Assembly: GCF_037042905.1 (NCBI RefSeq)
Contig: NC_087248.1
Location: forward strand, 2,728,001 to 2,792,000
From: Lytechinus pictus
Taxonomy: Eukaryota
Reading direction: 5' to 3'
DNA length: 64,000 nucleotides
In this document: positions 31,101-42,400 of the stretch, one piece after another
Layout: the number at the start of each line of letters is the position of its first letter
Numbering within the stretch: position 1 is the first letter of the stretch
The notes under the pieces: model-generated
What the model saw: only the letters and a program-made list of their open reading frames with translations
The model's database searches: none
What the model was told of the DNA's origin: nothing
Position numbers and translations under genes: made by a program

Positions 31101-34100
31101 CTCAACCCCCTGGCTTGGATGGCCGTTCTCATTCTATATCTTAGGTATGATATAAATGTTAAGATGAACATATCAATTAATGATTGCCAACAATCCAGCA
31201 GAAAATATAGATTTATTTTTGATGTCTCATGCGAGAACCCCCCCCCCCTATTATGTCACTTTACATGAATTCCATGAGTTGACATTATCTCTGTCTTTTG
31301 CTTTTAACATTATGTGAAATGTTATTTAATTATTAATAACTTAAAGGGGATTGAACTGTGTGTGGTCTCTCATTGACTGTGTGTTATAAATACATAGTCT
31401 TAAAATATACGTTTTCAGATATCTACTAATACTATATACAGAGAATAAATTGACCTATAATTGTATTTGTAAAGAGAAACAACTAAAATGTTTTGAGAGG
31501 AAAAGTAATTATTTTGCTACTTGGTAACATAATTATTGCGGTACAAATGTATTGAGTAGTTAATTAGCATGTTATCATTCAAGTGGGTCTATATTACTAG
31601 ACTACACTAGCATTATGGGTCAGGAAACTGGCCAGGTATGAGTAGTTGAGGACTCGAGATGGCGCAATTGGTTCGTATCTGCTTTAAGAGTGGGAATTCA
31701 TGGAATTTATATCACGACTCAGTCAGTCCGCAAGCCCTGAAAAAGTAGCTTCTTTTATCAAAGTGATATTCATGACTAGAGGGTTTTTGCATAGTTAATG
31801 AGCTTGGTGCGAACCAAAACATCTCTCTTTATTCGGCCATTGCTGCTCTAAATATTGACCAAATTTCATGTTTTTGATATCTTTGTGAAGAAGAAGAATA
31901 ATTCTTTCAGGTCATGTGTTTGGATTTTTAAAAGAATGTTGTAATATAGGAAAAACTTTTGATCTAAAACATGAAACAAAATATTTTTTTCATGCAACAA
32001 AAGTTATTGTTTTCACACTTAATTTCTGTTTGGGCACAAATGATTTTTAGATCATGATAAAGCTGAAGATCTAAGCTTTAATATGATATAATTTTTTTAA
32101 GAAGATGTATTTTAGATGGGTCAGCCAGCTTTTCATAGGCCAAGTACATTTTGCAGCTCAAAAACAAGAATACTGCGCTCTGATTGGTCATATAGACCAC
32201 ACACCCACGCAAATTCCAATGTTCCCCACACTGGGCCTCTGCAAGGTCACACTCACCATGTGGTAATCTCTTCAAATTACCCGCGCCTGTTTGTTTTGAA
32301 AACAGTATTCAGCCAATTTCAGAAATCTCGTTTTGCATCTTGATGGAAAAAGCTGGCTGCTGACCCATCTAAAAGATGCCACATATCAAGAGTGACATTG
32401 TAAGAAAGTATAGAGTTTGAGCTTTCTGATGATATAAATAATGTTGGTGCCTAAAACACAAAGTGTTGCATAATTTGCAAGTGAAAACAGAGGAAGAAAA
32501 TTCTGTTTGATGCATCTTTTCAGGTAAAAAATTCACTTATTTATCATATTTCATTCAAAAGAAATGATCAATATAAAAGGGTAACATTAACTCTTGCCCA
32601 TGGTAAAAAAATAATCAATATTACTCAAGGAGAAAGTGGTTAAATTCTTTGAGAAAGAAAGTCTCACAATTCACGAGATTTTGCAGGGACATGAATTCAG
32701 CCACGAGAGGACTTGGATAAATCTTGCGGACTGACTGGACTATACTCGCATGTGTTGTTGTCACTCAATCAAAACAGTACAAACTCACGATATACTGGAC
32801 TTTTCTGGGGTTTTTTAATACCAATTGTGGTCAGGGTGGACTCCCCTTTTGATAGGAGTGTATATACTTGTCAAATAAAATGGAATAGGTCTTGTCAATT
32901 GGATGATGTTCAGAAATAAATTTCTGAGTAAAATGAAATGTTCTATTTCAATAGAATGAAAAGTTCAAATTCAATTTCATTCAACGGGGTACTGCACCAT
33001 AATACTTTTACTTTTTTTACCCCCCTGGTCCGCGCCTGGGAATGAATCTTGTAACTAAATAATGTGTTTGGAGTTCAGTACCCTTTTTAGACACGCTGAA
33101 ATTTCCTTAACCCCGTACTATATAGGTGGGGCTAAATTGCCATTTAGCCCCACCTATAGTACGGGGTTAAGCTTAGCCCACTTTCTTTTTACACAGCATT
33201 TTTGCAAAGTGGGTTAACCCCATCTTTAGTACGGGATTATTTGGCCCTGCAAAAAAAGCAGGGTTATTCCAGCAATTGCGGTGCTAAGAGCGATAGTACG
33301 GGGTTAAGATCGCTAGTGTAAAACGAAAGTGGGCTAAGCTTAACCCCGTACTATAGGTGGGGCTAAATGGCAATTTAGCCCCACCTATAGTACGGGGTAA
33401 AGGAAATTTTAGCGTGTGTAAAAAGGGTACGAGTGAATGAGCTACCACTAGTCCGGGGTTAGCGAGTTTCGTGTGTGAAAAGCAAGCATTCCTTATCCGG
33501 GGTTAGCAATAACAATTTGGCATGTGTGAAAAGGAAAAAAAATAGTACGGGGTTAAGGATAGTACGGGGTTAAGAAAATTCTGTGTAAAAAGGGTAAAAG
33601 TAATAAAGTGGTGACGATGCCGGTGATAATGGTCGTGATGAAGACGGGGTGATGATAATGATGGTGGCGATGATGGTGCTATAGTGATGCTGCTACTGCT
33701 GATGATTATGATTTATGTTGGTGGTGCTGGTGGTGATGCTGTAGTGGTAGTGATGCTAATGATGATGATTATGATGGTGATTATATAAAGATGATAATGA
33801 TACCATAATAATGATTTGATGATAATGATGGCAATAGTGGCATTGAATATGAAAATGTTAAACAAAAGTTCAGACTAATACAACCATCAAATGCACCAAA
33901 TGATCCCAAACACTTGATTTGTTTTGTGGTGTACAGGTTCAAACGCCCTTGTTTGGGCAATATGTTGGGGGCTCTTCATCAAAGAAAAACCTGATGAAGA
34001 TACACCGGCTTCGAGTGAAGATGTATCTCACAATGATGACCTACAACAAACACAGGAAAATAATTCGAAGAAGGTTAGTTATTCTGAGAGCAGGTTTCTA

Positions 34101-36799
34101 CTTTTCCTTGAAGGTCAAGTAGAAATGCTCCAAAATCGCTGCACTAAAGGAAATAATTTTGTCCGTAACATATCCCAAAACTATCTTTTTAATTTCACTT
34201 TATCAAACTGATCTTTCTGGAGGTGGAGGGTCACATAAACTATTTAAAGATATCAACGGATCAGTTTGGACGGGGAATGATGAGAGTGTGCACCAAATGC
34301 CCTCCCTTGATCAGCGCCATGACATTTCAAACCTCTTTAAATTTCCCCTGTCTATCTCCATCAGTAAATGTGTGGGTATCTATTAAAAAACACAAATGTT
34401 ATACGATCCCTTACGAAACGAAAAACATAATTTTATCTCTGATTTCGTTTTTTTTTTTTTTTTTTGCTTTTTCTTTACGGGCATCTTTTTGATGCCCGTA
34501 TATCATAAAGAGTTACAACTATGATATCACGGAACCCATAATAATCAAGGCCTCCATAAATGTAGTTACAAAAAAATTCAAAGTACTCGTATCCTCTTTG
34601 TATGACAATATCAACTCTTGGTAAATTCTATCTCACAGTCTCTATCTTCATCTTCCTCACCCAGAAATCCTACCCAATATTCAAAGTTCTGACGTCACTT
34701 CCTGTGTATGCCTTAATCATCCTGCGATTTTCAATCCATGGTTGGGTTGTGGGAACTCTGCTCACCAACCTACCTATCTTCATGAAGTACATCCTAGGAT
34801 TCAAAGTGAGAGAGGTAAGGAGATCTAAACAAAATCAAAATAACAAACAATCCAACGCGTGCAGAAAAAGGTATATTAAAGTTGTAATTTCTTTTTCTTC
34901 TATTTGTTTTTTTTCTCATTATTTTAATGTTATTCTGTATTCCAAAGTAAACTTTTCACCGCTACCATTAACCTAACCATGTTAACGTGAAGGTTGGAAA
35001 CCCTGTCTCGCGGAATGTGTTAATGGGTTTTTTTTTTTTTTGGGGGGGGGTAGAAATTTTGTTTTAATACCGAAACTAAAACAACAAAGCCAACAACACG
35101 ACCAGTGCAAAAAAGTGAATCACAATTTCTCATTCATTTTTTTTGGTCTTAATATCAATGTAAGGTTGGACTTTTGGCCTCTGTTCCCTACATCTGCCAA
35201 ATGATTACGTGTATAATTACGTCACAGATATCAGACTTTCTCATTGGTCGAGGCATCAGTGTGACGAAGGTTCGAAAGACATCAGCAAGCATTGGTGCGT
35301 ATTATTACCAGCTAAACATGATCTATATATCATTATTTTCCCGCGAGTTATGACCTTGTTAAATCTCTATTATATTAAATTGATATTTTTCCTGGGGGTG
35401 GAGGCGGGAGGTTGGCATTCGTCACTATGCATCCTTTCCATTGAAACAATCATCATAATAGGATGCAGGCATTATCATGTTCAATGCCTAGAGATCAGTA
35501 CCACCCCCCTCACATAATTCAAAAATCCCAAGCTCTATAATTGGAACCGTCTCATTAAAAAAAAATTATGAAAAGAATAATACTTCAGACTTTAAGAAAA
35601 GATTATTTGCCTTTAATCCTGAAATATGGAAAGTTATTTTTAAGGAAGCATTTATGGATGTATTCTGTAGATTTAATCTCACTTTTGTCACTTTTAATGT
35701 TGCTTTATGTTTTATTTTTCAAGGTGCCATACTGATAGCTGGGTCACTTATACCGGTTGCTTTTCTCGTATGTAACCGGTATTTCGGCATGGCACTGGTG
35801 ATCATCGCAACCATAGGAACCGGTGTGGCGTATCCGTCGGTTTTTTCAAATACGGTTGATTTGGCGCCCCGGTCAACGGGTACTCTATATGGAATATCAA
35901 ATACCATTGGGATATCCGCGAGTTTTATATCACCGTTGATAACCGGAATACTAATTGTCGACCAGGTAAATGATTTTTTTAATTATCATTTATTATAGGA
36001 ATCAACGACTTCATCACTACCATTGTAAAAAATAATTAAAAAATTGCTTGTAAGAAAAATGTGTGTATCTATATACTTACTCATGAAATTCCGGATTCGT
36101 TCCTATCTAGACCTGTTGGCCCCCCTAGCTCATTGCTCAATTTCTTTCTCTTTCTGCTTCACCATCTATATAATTATTACAGAATCTTTTCTTTTTCTTT
36201 CCTAACGCTGCATTCTCCTTGATATATGTCGCAAATTATTTTACTTAATTAGATGTTATGACGCGATGCAACTTGACAGAACACTTAAAATAACGCCACC
36301 ATTTATCGATTGAGGGAAGGGATGCGGCTGCATTTGATTGCGTAGAATCATTTTGTGGAAATACCAGCAGAAGAATTTATCCACCAATCAGAAATCGATG
36401 TATGAATAATGGTATAAATAGATACTAGTTGTTATTTATATATCATACCAAGGCTCCCCTTGTAATTAAATATCATCATTTTGATAATCAGCATTGCGAT
36501 CCAGAGGCCATTCTCCTGTTGATATTTCAAGTCCTTACGACGAAAGTCTCCATTTATGCATTCCTACTTTTTTCTATTATTTTTTTTCATAATTTCAGTA
36601 TGATCCTGTAAGTTGGAGGTATGTGTTTTACATCGCTTCAGCAATCGCAGCTTTTTCCGCTATTTTTTTCCATACGTTTGGATCGGGAGAAGATCAGAAA
36701 TGGGTCAAAGACGACGAGACAGAGGAAGTCGAGAATGCCAAGGAAATTGATTTTTATTCGAACCATGGTTATGACAATGGGCAAGATTTTGACAAATGA
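25181..36799 (+). CDS. SLC17/sialin-like MFS anion transporter, paralogue 1 (~498 aa, 10 coding exons)
   Basis: Exons 25181-25184 (ATGG|gtgagt), 25501-25721 (..LRINPSVAITAM..), 26188-26418 (..WSSRTQELLLSAFF..TQLPGGWLADRVGGK..RLLAGLAE), 28619-28706, 31052-31144 (..GWPFSFYILG), 33937-34073, 34665-34814, 35165-35294, 35724-35965 (..DLAPRSTGTLYGISNT..), 36599-36799 (..WRYVFYIAS..GSGEDQKW..*). Exon sizes and phases match the two paralogues. Confidence 0.9.
26603..27086. mobile_element. Kolobok/T2-like MITE (copy of the 16947 family)
   Basis: TTAA|GGGGGAAGTTCACCC...AGGGTATACTTCCCCT; colinear with 16947-17436. Confidence 0.75.
29004..29243. mobile_element. TA-flanked MITE with CAC..GTG ends
   Basis: TA|CACTGTAAAAACTGTGGTGTTAA...TTAACACCACAGTTTTTGCTGTG|TA with multiple internal TAACACC repeats. 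Confidence 0.8.
29488..29797. mobile_element. Palindromic MITE
   Basis: GCCCGTATTCTAAAGTCAGGTTTAACT...AGTTAAACCTGACTTCAGAATACGGGC. Confidence 0.8.
30262..30448. mobile_element. Short G/C-run MITE (hAT-like)
   Basis: GCGGCGGAAGC...GCTTCCGTCGC inverted ends. Confidence 0.5.
30466..30585. mobile_element. Palindromic MITE (CWG-flanked)
   Basis: cag|TGCCCCGTGACACAAA...TTTGTGGCACGGGGCA|ctg. Confidence 0.75.
30604..30878. mobile_element. TA-flanked MITE with CACTG..CAGTG ends
   Basis: TA|CACTGTTAGAAAA...TTTTTTAACAGTG|TA. Confidence 0.75.
31345..31683. mobile_element. TTAA-flanked element, near-identical to 40593-40923
   Basis: TTAA|AGGGG...GGTTCGTATCTGCT|TTAA; ~300 bp colinear with the 40593 copy. 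Confidence 0.8.
31690..32705. mobile_element. Probable ~1-kb non-autonomous DNA transposon
   Basis: Imperfect ends GTGGGAATTCATG / CATGAATTCAGCCAC; internal inverted pair TAGATGGGTCAGCCAGCTTTTC (~32113) and GAAAAAGCTGGCTGCTGACCCATCTA (~32345). Confidence 0.4.
33078..33596. repeat. Nested foldback/palindromic element
   Basis: Arms 33078-~33190 and ~33320-33430 are reverse complements, and each arm contains its own ~60-bp palindrome; further TAGTACGGGGTTAAG units run to 33596. Confidence 0.85.
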
Positions 36800-37698
36800 A
36801 CTTTTTTTAATTGAGTTGGTCAACGGATTTGTCGGGGCACGCTGCAGTGTTCTCTCTTACAATGACTTACAAAGGTTTTTTTTTTTATTGTTATTGATTT
36901 TGGAAAGCTAGCAACCTCGATCATGTGGAGAATTCGGATATAATACAAAATCCCATGCGGTATGAACTTGAAATATATAATTATCATTCATTAAGTAATA
37001 CTATAAATAAGTTCTCTATAAGTTTAACATTTACATGTTTTTAGGCAGTGAACATCACATAATGACGTTTTTTTGGAGGTTGGATGATATTTGAATCCTG
37101 ATGACGATCAAAGTATACTGGTCGAAACTTTTCATTAATTCCAACTTAAATGTATCTACAAGGTGTACTTTGAGGGCTGTTATTTCAATAACATTGTAAC
37201 CTTTATGAATGTCTTAATGTGAATAATGCTTAGACTTTGGAAATATATGTTAATGAACTGAAATAGAAATTGATTTTTTTTTAATGAAGCTTATCTCCGA
37301 TACTAAATGAAATGTGCATTTCGTGCGAATCATGGGTAAACTTCTTTGGACTTTAATCGAATAACAGACAGACAAAATAACACGATGCCTTATATCAGCT
37401 CGAAGAAAGTCAACAACAATAAAACAAAAAGAGAAAGATTGTTAATTAATTCATTTATTCAGGTATTTTTAATATACCTATTATCAAAAACATACAGAGG
37501 TAACAAACAAATTTGTGGATAATATCATGGCATAAACACTGAAATATACAAGTACATAAAAGTTTATAAAAAAAAAGAATATAATGTAAAAACTTTTTAT
37601 CAGGTGAAAATGTAGAACGAAAAAAATACTATTCTGCAAAACACGACCTTTTAAAGTGTAAAGTTCACTGTAACTTGTAAGCACTGATACAAGGTCCT

Positions 37699-37855
37699 GG
37701 CTCCGTAACACAAAGGTTTGCGATGAATTGCAAATATGAAAGAACCGCACTCATTGGCTCCCAGTCAGTATTTTAAACAGAGTGCGCATGCAACGATGAT
37801 CTTGATTGGTCATGGGTATTCAGCGATTGATTGCAAACCTTTGTGTTAAGGAGCC
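37699..37855. mobile_element. Palindromic MITE (family of 2119-2285)
   Basis: GGCTCCGTAACACAAAGGTTTGC...GCAAACCTTTGTGTTAAGGAGCC. Confidence 0.75.
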
Positions 37856-37989
37856 CTGATGAGTACTGTAATAAAGTAGATATTCCTATAAAACAATATG
37901 TTCTTTATCAACGGCTCGAGCATGCATAACTCAGAATGAAATAACTAACAAACAAAAAGGAAGTTGATAGGGGGCCTAGTCATCACGTT

Positions 37990-38541
37990 CACTGGCGGAT
38001 CCAGGGGGTGGGGGGCTCAGACGGCCCGTGCCCCCACCTTTGAGAGGCACAATTAAAATGTGTAATGTAACAATGCGGTTAAAACAGAAGTATGCCCTCC
38101 CCCTTTTGAAAATCAAGACCTTTTTTTTATATTTTTGCTTGTCAAATTTCTTCGGGGACGAAATGAAATGACCTTAGATTTTAGGTGGAAACCTTTTTTT
38201 TTGGCTTGTCGAATTTTTCATCGGGAAAATGCGCCCCCCCCCCCCCTTGGAAAATCCTGAGCCCTGTCTTACAAAGAGTTGTGATTGATCCGATCAATCA
38301 CAACTATGGACGGCCAGCAACGTCAACATCTAACATGCATGCATGTTTGTTTAAAATATTTTCTAAGATGTATATTCATACATTCATCGTTCTCTTGATG
38401 ATTCAGTGTGATTCTCTCTGTTTACTGGGGAGATTGCACACATTTACTGTAGAAAAAATTATGACACTGATGGATTTCCATATAGTTACGATTGATTCGT
38501 AATCGTAACTCTTTGTAAGACGGGGTCCAGGATCCGCCCGG
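37990..38541. mobile_element. hAT-like MITE with a nested palindromic MITE (38260-38527)
   Basis: ATCACGTT|CACTGGCGGATCC...GGATCCGCCCGG|ATCATGTT (7/8 TSD); inner ctg|AGCCCTGTCTTACAAAGAGTT...AACTCTTTGTAAGACGGGGTC|cag. Confidence 0.8.
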
Positions 38542-39488
38542 ATCATGTTCATACCTTATCCATTTGGATATTCATATAGCTTTATCACAATACCTCATCG
38601 CACGTTAAGACAAGTGACGGCATAGTCGCTTTAAACAGAACCGGCCTAAGACCAAAACTGTTCACAAAGTTCCTGGACCATTACCCATAATGCAATGTTC
38701 TGATATTGTAGTCTCAAGATTACATATATATATATATATCTTCTAAAATATATATATTTATATAATATATTCATATCAAATGTTTATTAAAAATAAAATG
38801 TTTACTTTTAATAAAAATAAAAAAATTAAATATTAATTTAAACCGAAATTCACAATAGATTTCTGATTATTTTGTAAAAGTACGCGTATCAAAGGTATCC
38901 TATATAGCGTTCATGATCTTATGGCAAGAATTCACTGTGTGAAAAGTCTCCTTGGCCTTTTATTATATCAAAATATGACTTGTGTGATGGAAAGATGAAA
39001 CTCGAGAGAGATGCTACTTATTAATAACAATGGTATCTCCATTCTTATCATTATAAAATAAAAAAATTGGATGTCGTTCGAATGCCCAAACCTAATAAAA
39101 ATGTATTTGGAGTGCAGTTGAAATATATTTCAATATACAACGGGCAATTTTTTCCCTCTCCAAATGCGCCTCGAAAGTTTTGCGACGTCCAACATTGTGA
39201 CCCAAAATAGAGCTCGCCGAACATGCACGGTTTTAGTTTGACAAAGTTTTAAGGAAAAAAGAGAGAAATTTTTGCAAATGGTTCTCTCTTTCTCGAACAA
39301 TATCTTAGGTTTTCAAACCGTTAAAAGTTTGCCTTAAAATCATTTTTATTTTTTTGTACGACATTCTCAAGGGGTTTGCTATTTCGACATAACAGGCTGC
39401 TGGCCTGTAAGATCAGGGAATTTCTACCTCCCAGCTCTCAGCGAAGATGGGTCACTATCTACGTTTGTTGAATAAATTAATGTTAACC

Positions 39489-42400
39489 TCACAAATCTAG
39501 GCCTATATCAAGCGAAGGGTTCGAATGGCATCCTTCTTCTAAATCTTCTTTCTGGTAATCATTTTTGGTAGGGACCACATAGGAAACTGCATTGGTGCTT
39601 ATATGGCTGACATGAATAGATTTATCCGTATATTTTTCCTCTTCTTTCTCGGGGTTTCTGGCCCAAGCTTGTTCCTCTCCAGATCCAAATATTTGAAAGA
39701 CGATGGCGACAAAGACTGCGATTCCTGAAGCGATATAGAAGACATCTCTCCATTGCTCCGGGTCTGACTGTATATTAAAATAAATTTGAAATAACAATTA
39801 ACAAATCATGCTTTATTAATTAATTATAACAGCAGTCCGAATGCTTGACCCAGAGTTAGAGATAAACCTAGTAGAACGATATTCAACATGGGAATCATAT
39901 TGTAAAAATAATTATCTGCGAAGATAGTTAACATTCATCATTTCTCACAAGATGAAAATGTAACAAAGTTTGGAAAAGGTTAAAATAAAGAAATAAAGTA
40001 AAAACATGCATGGTACAACCGGAAATAAAACGAAGGAAAACTATTTTTGTTCACTGCAATTTTGATTTTAACTTTGTAAAAAAAAAACAAGCGTGGAAAA
40101 TATGATTTTTGTCTTTCACTTGAAATATAATGCTACGGTACACTGTATGTTCCAAGAACAATGGTTTAGACCTGGATTTAGATAACAAGTGTCATAGGCT
40201 CTGCAAAGATATCTGGAACTTCCTTTCGTCAATTTTCGTATCTAATTTGACCTACCTGGTCCGTCACTAAATATCCAGTTACTATTGGTGATATAAAGCT
40301 GGCGGATAGTGCGACGGTATTTGCAAGACCCATCAGCGTACCCGAAAACCGAGGTGCCAGGTCCACTGCGTTAGAGAAAATTGACGGATAGGTGATTCCG
40401 GTTCCCGTGGCCGCTACTACGATCAAACCCAAACCGAGGAACCGATTGCAACCGATGAAGGAAACCGGAAGGAGTGTTGCAACGATGATCACAACACCTG
40501 TAAATAGGTATAATAACATTCCTGTTATGATTTATGTGCTTATTCCTTAAAAATAATATGGCAATCTGAATAACTGAATCAGATTTCTTTAAAGGGGGTG
40601 TGCATGTGAACTTTTTGTGGTGTCTCATTGAATGTGTGTTATAAATAAATAGTCTTAAAATATACGTTTTCAGATATCTACTAATACTACAGAGAATAAA
40701 TTGACCAATAATTGTATTTGTATAGAGAAACTAAAATGTTTTGAGAGGAAAAGTAATTGTTTTGCTACATGGTAACATAATAACTGCGGTATAAATGTAC
40801 TGAGTATTTAATTAACATGTTATCATTAAAGTGGGTCTATATTACACTAGCATTATGGGTCAGGAAACCGGCCATGTATGAGTAGTTGAGGACTCGAGAT
40901 GGGACTATTGGTTCGTATCTGCTTTAAGAGAAGGCTGACTTCTTTAAAATATTAGGTAAAATATGGTTCACCTTCTCTTGATCGCTTAGTGAAAAAGTTG
41001 AAGTGATATGAAATAGTTATTTCTCTTGCACGTTGAGATTGGCGAAAGAATACATATGTGGAGGCATGTATCAGAACATCACAAAATTCAAACTATTTTT
41101 CTCTCTCTCTTTTTTTTTTGGGGGGGGGTTCTAGAGACAACATACATACCGATGCACATCATTGCCTTGCGAATAAGCGTAACGCTGATATTTCGACCAA
41201 TCAAAAAGTCGGCCACCTGTGACGTCATCATCGATATTATCGTCTGACAAACATATGGTATTGACGCTAGTAATCCAATCTTGAAGAAGAAAAAAGAATA
41301 TGATTAAGGTTTAACGATTAATTGTTATCTTATATTTAGTGCGTTAGGGTATCAGTTATTCTTAAATCCAATCATTTTTCTTTCTTCAAGATCTTGTTGA
41401 AGAATGTGCTGCTTCAAGGATAGTACGTTTGTAATTCTGAAAAAAAATCCGTGTATGTATAGCTAGTCATTTTATTCTTACCACTGCTACTCAAACTACT
41501 CTGTTTTGTAGACAATTAACAAACTAGCAATCATAAAATGTAAAAAAGTAATTCTAATCATTAAAATAAAAAAATTGCAGCTTATATGGTAAATCATTGT
41601 TTTAATGTCGCAAAAATGGTGAGATTTTTAATTTCAGGTTAGAAATGGAAAAGGAAAAAAAAAAGAAATAGAATAGAATAACAATGAGAAAAACGAGAAA
41701 GAAGAAGTAGAAAAAGAGGAGGAGGAGAAGAAGAAGATGATGATGAAGAAAGTATACTAAGAGAATAAGACATATAAGAGACGATGATGAAAAAGAAGAA
41801 GGGACAGTACGAGGACAGGAGAAGAAGAAAGTTGAGAAAGTGAAAGATAAACGTACCTCTCTAATGGAGAATCCAAGGACGTATTTCATATATAGTGGAA
41901 GGTTGGTAAGAAGAGTTCCTACAACCCAACCTTGTATCCCAAACCGGATCAGAATAAATGAATATACAGGAAGTGACGTCAATAGGTCACGGACTGGTAC
42001 AGTGGCGCTAGGCTTAAATACGAAGGAAAAGAAGAAGAAAAAAATCATGTAAAATCAAGAAGTCACTAAATTTATATAATGACAGGGCAAAGGGTATGTT
42101 CGTTTATCACCCATTCACCTATAGATATTCTACCCTGATCAGATACTGGTGCATTTCTTCCTACCGGGTACCCATGATACTACACCCGAGTGTCAAATGC
42201 ATAGCTAACGCTTGGACAAAAGACACGAGTGTTGCGGTGGGATTTAGAACCCCGAACCTTGTGGTTCAAAGTTCAGGGGCCCGTTTCATAAAGAGTTACA
42301 ACTGTTGTACCTTTGCCATTATGGCAACTACCATGGTAACCTTGATTTTGATCGGCTGCTGAGCCCCGTTACCATGGTAGTTGCCATAATGGCAAAGTTA

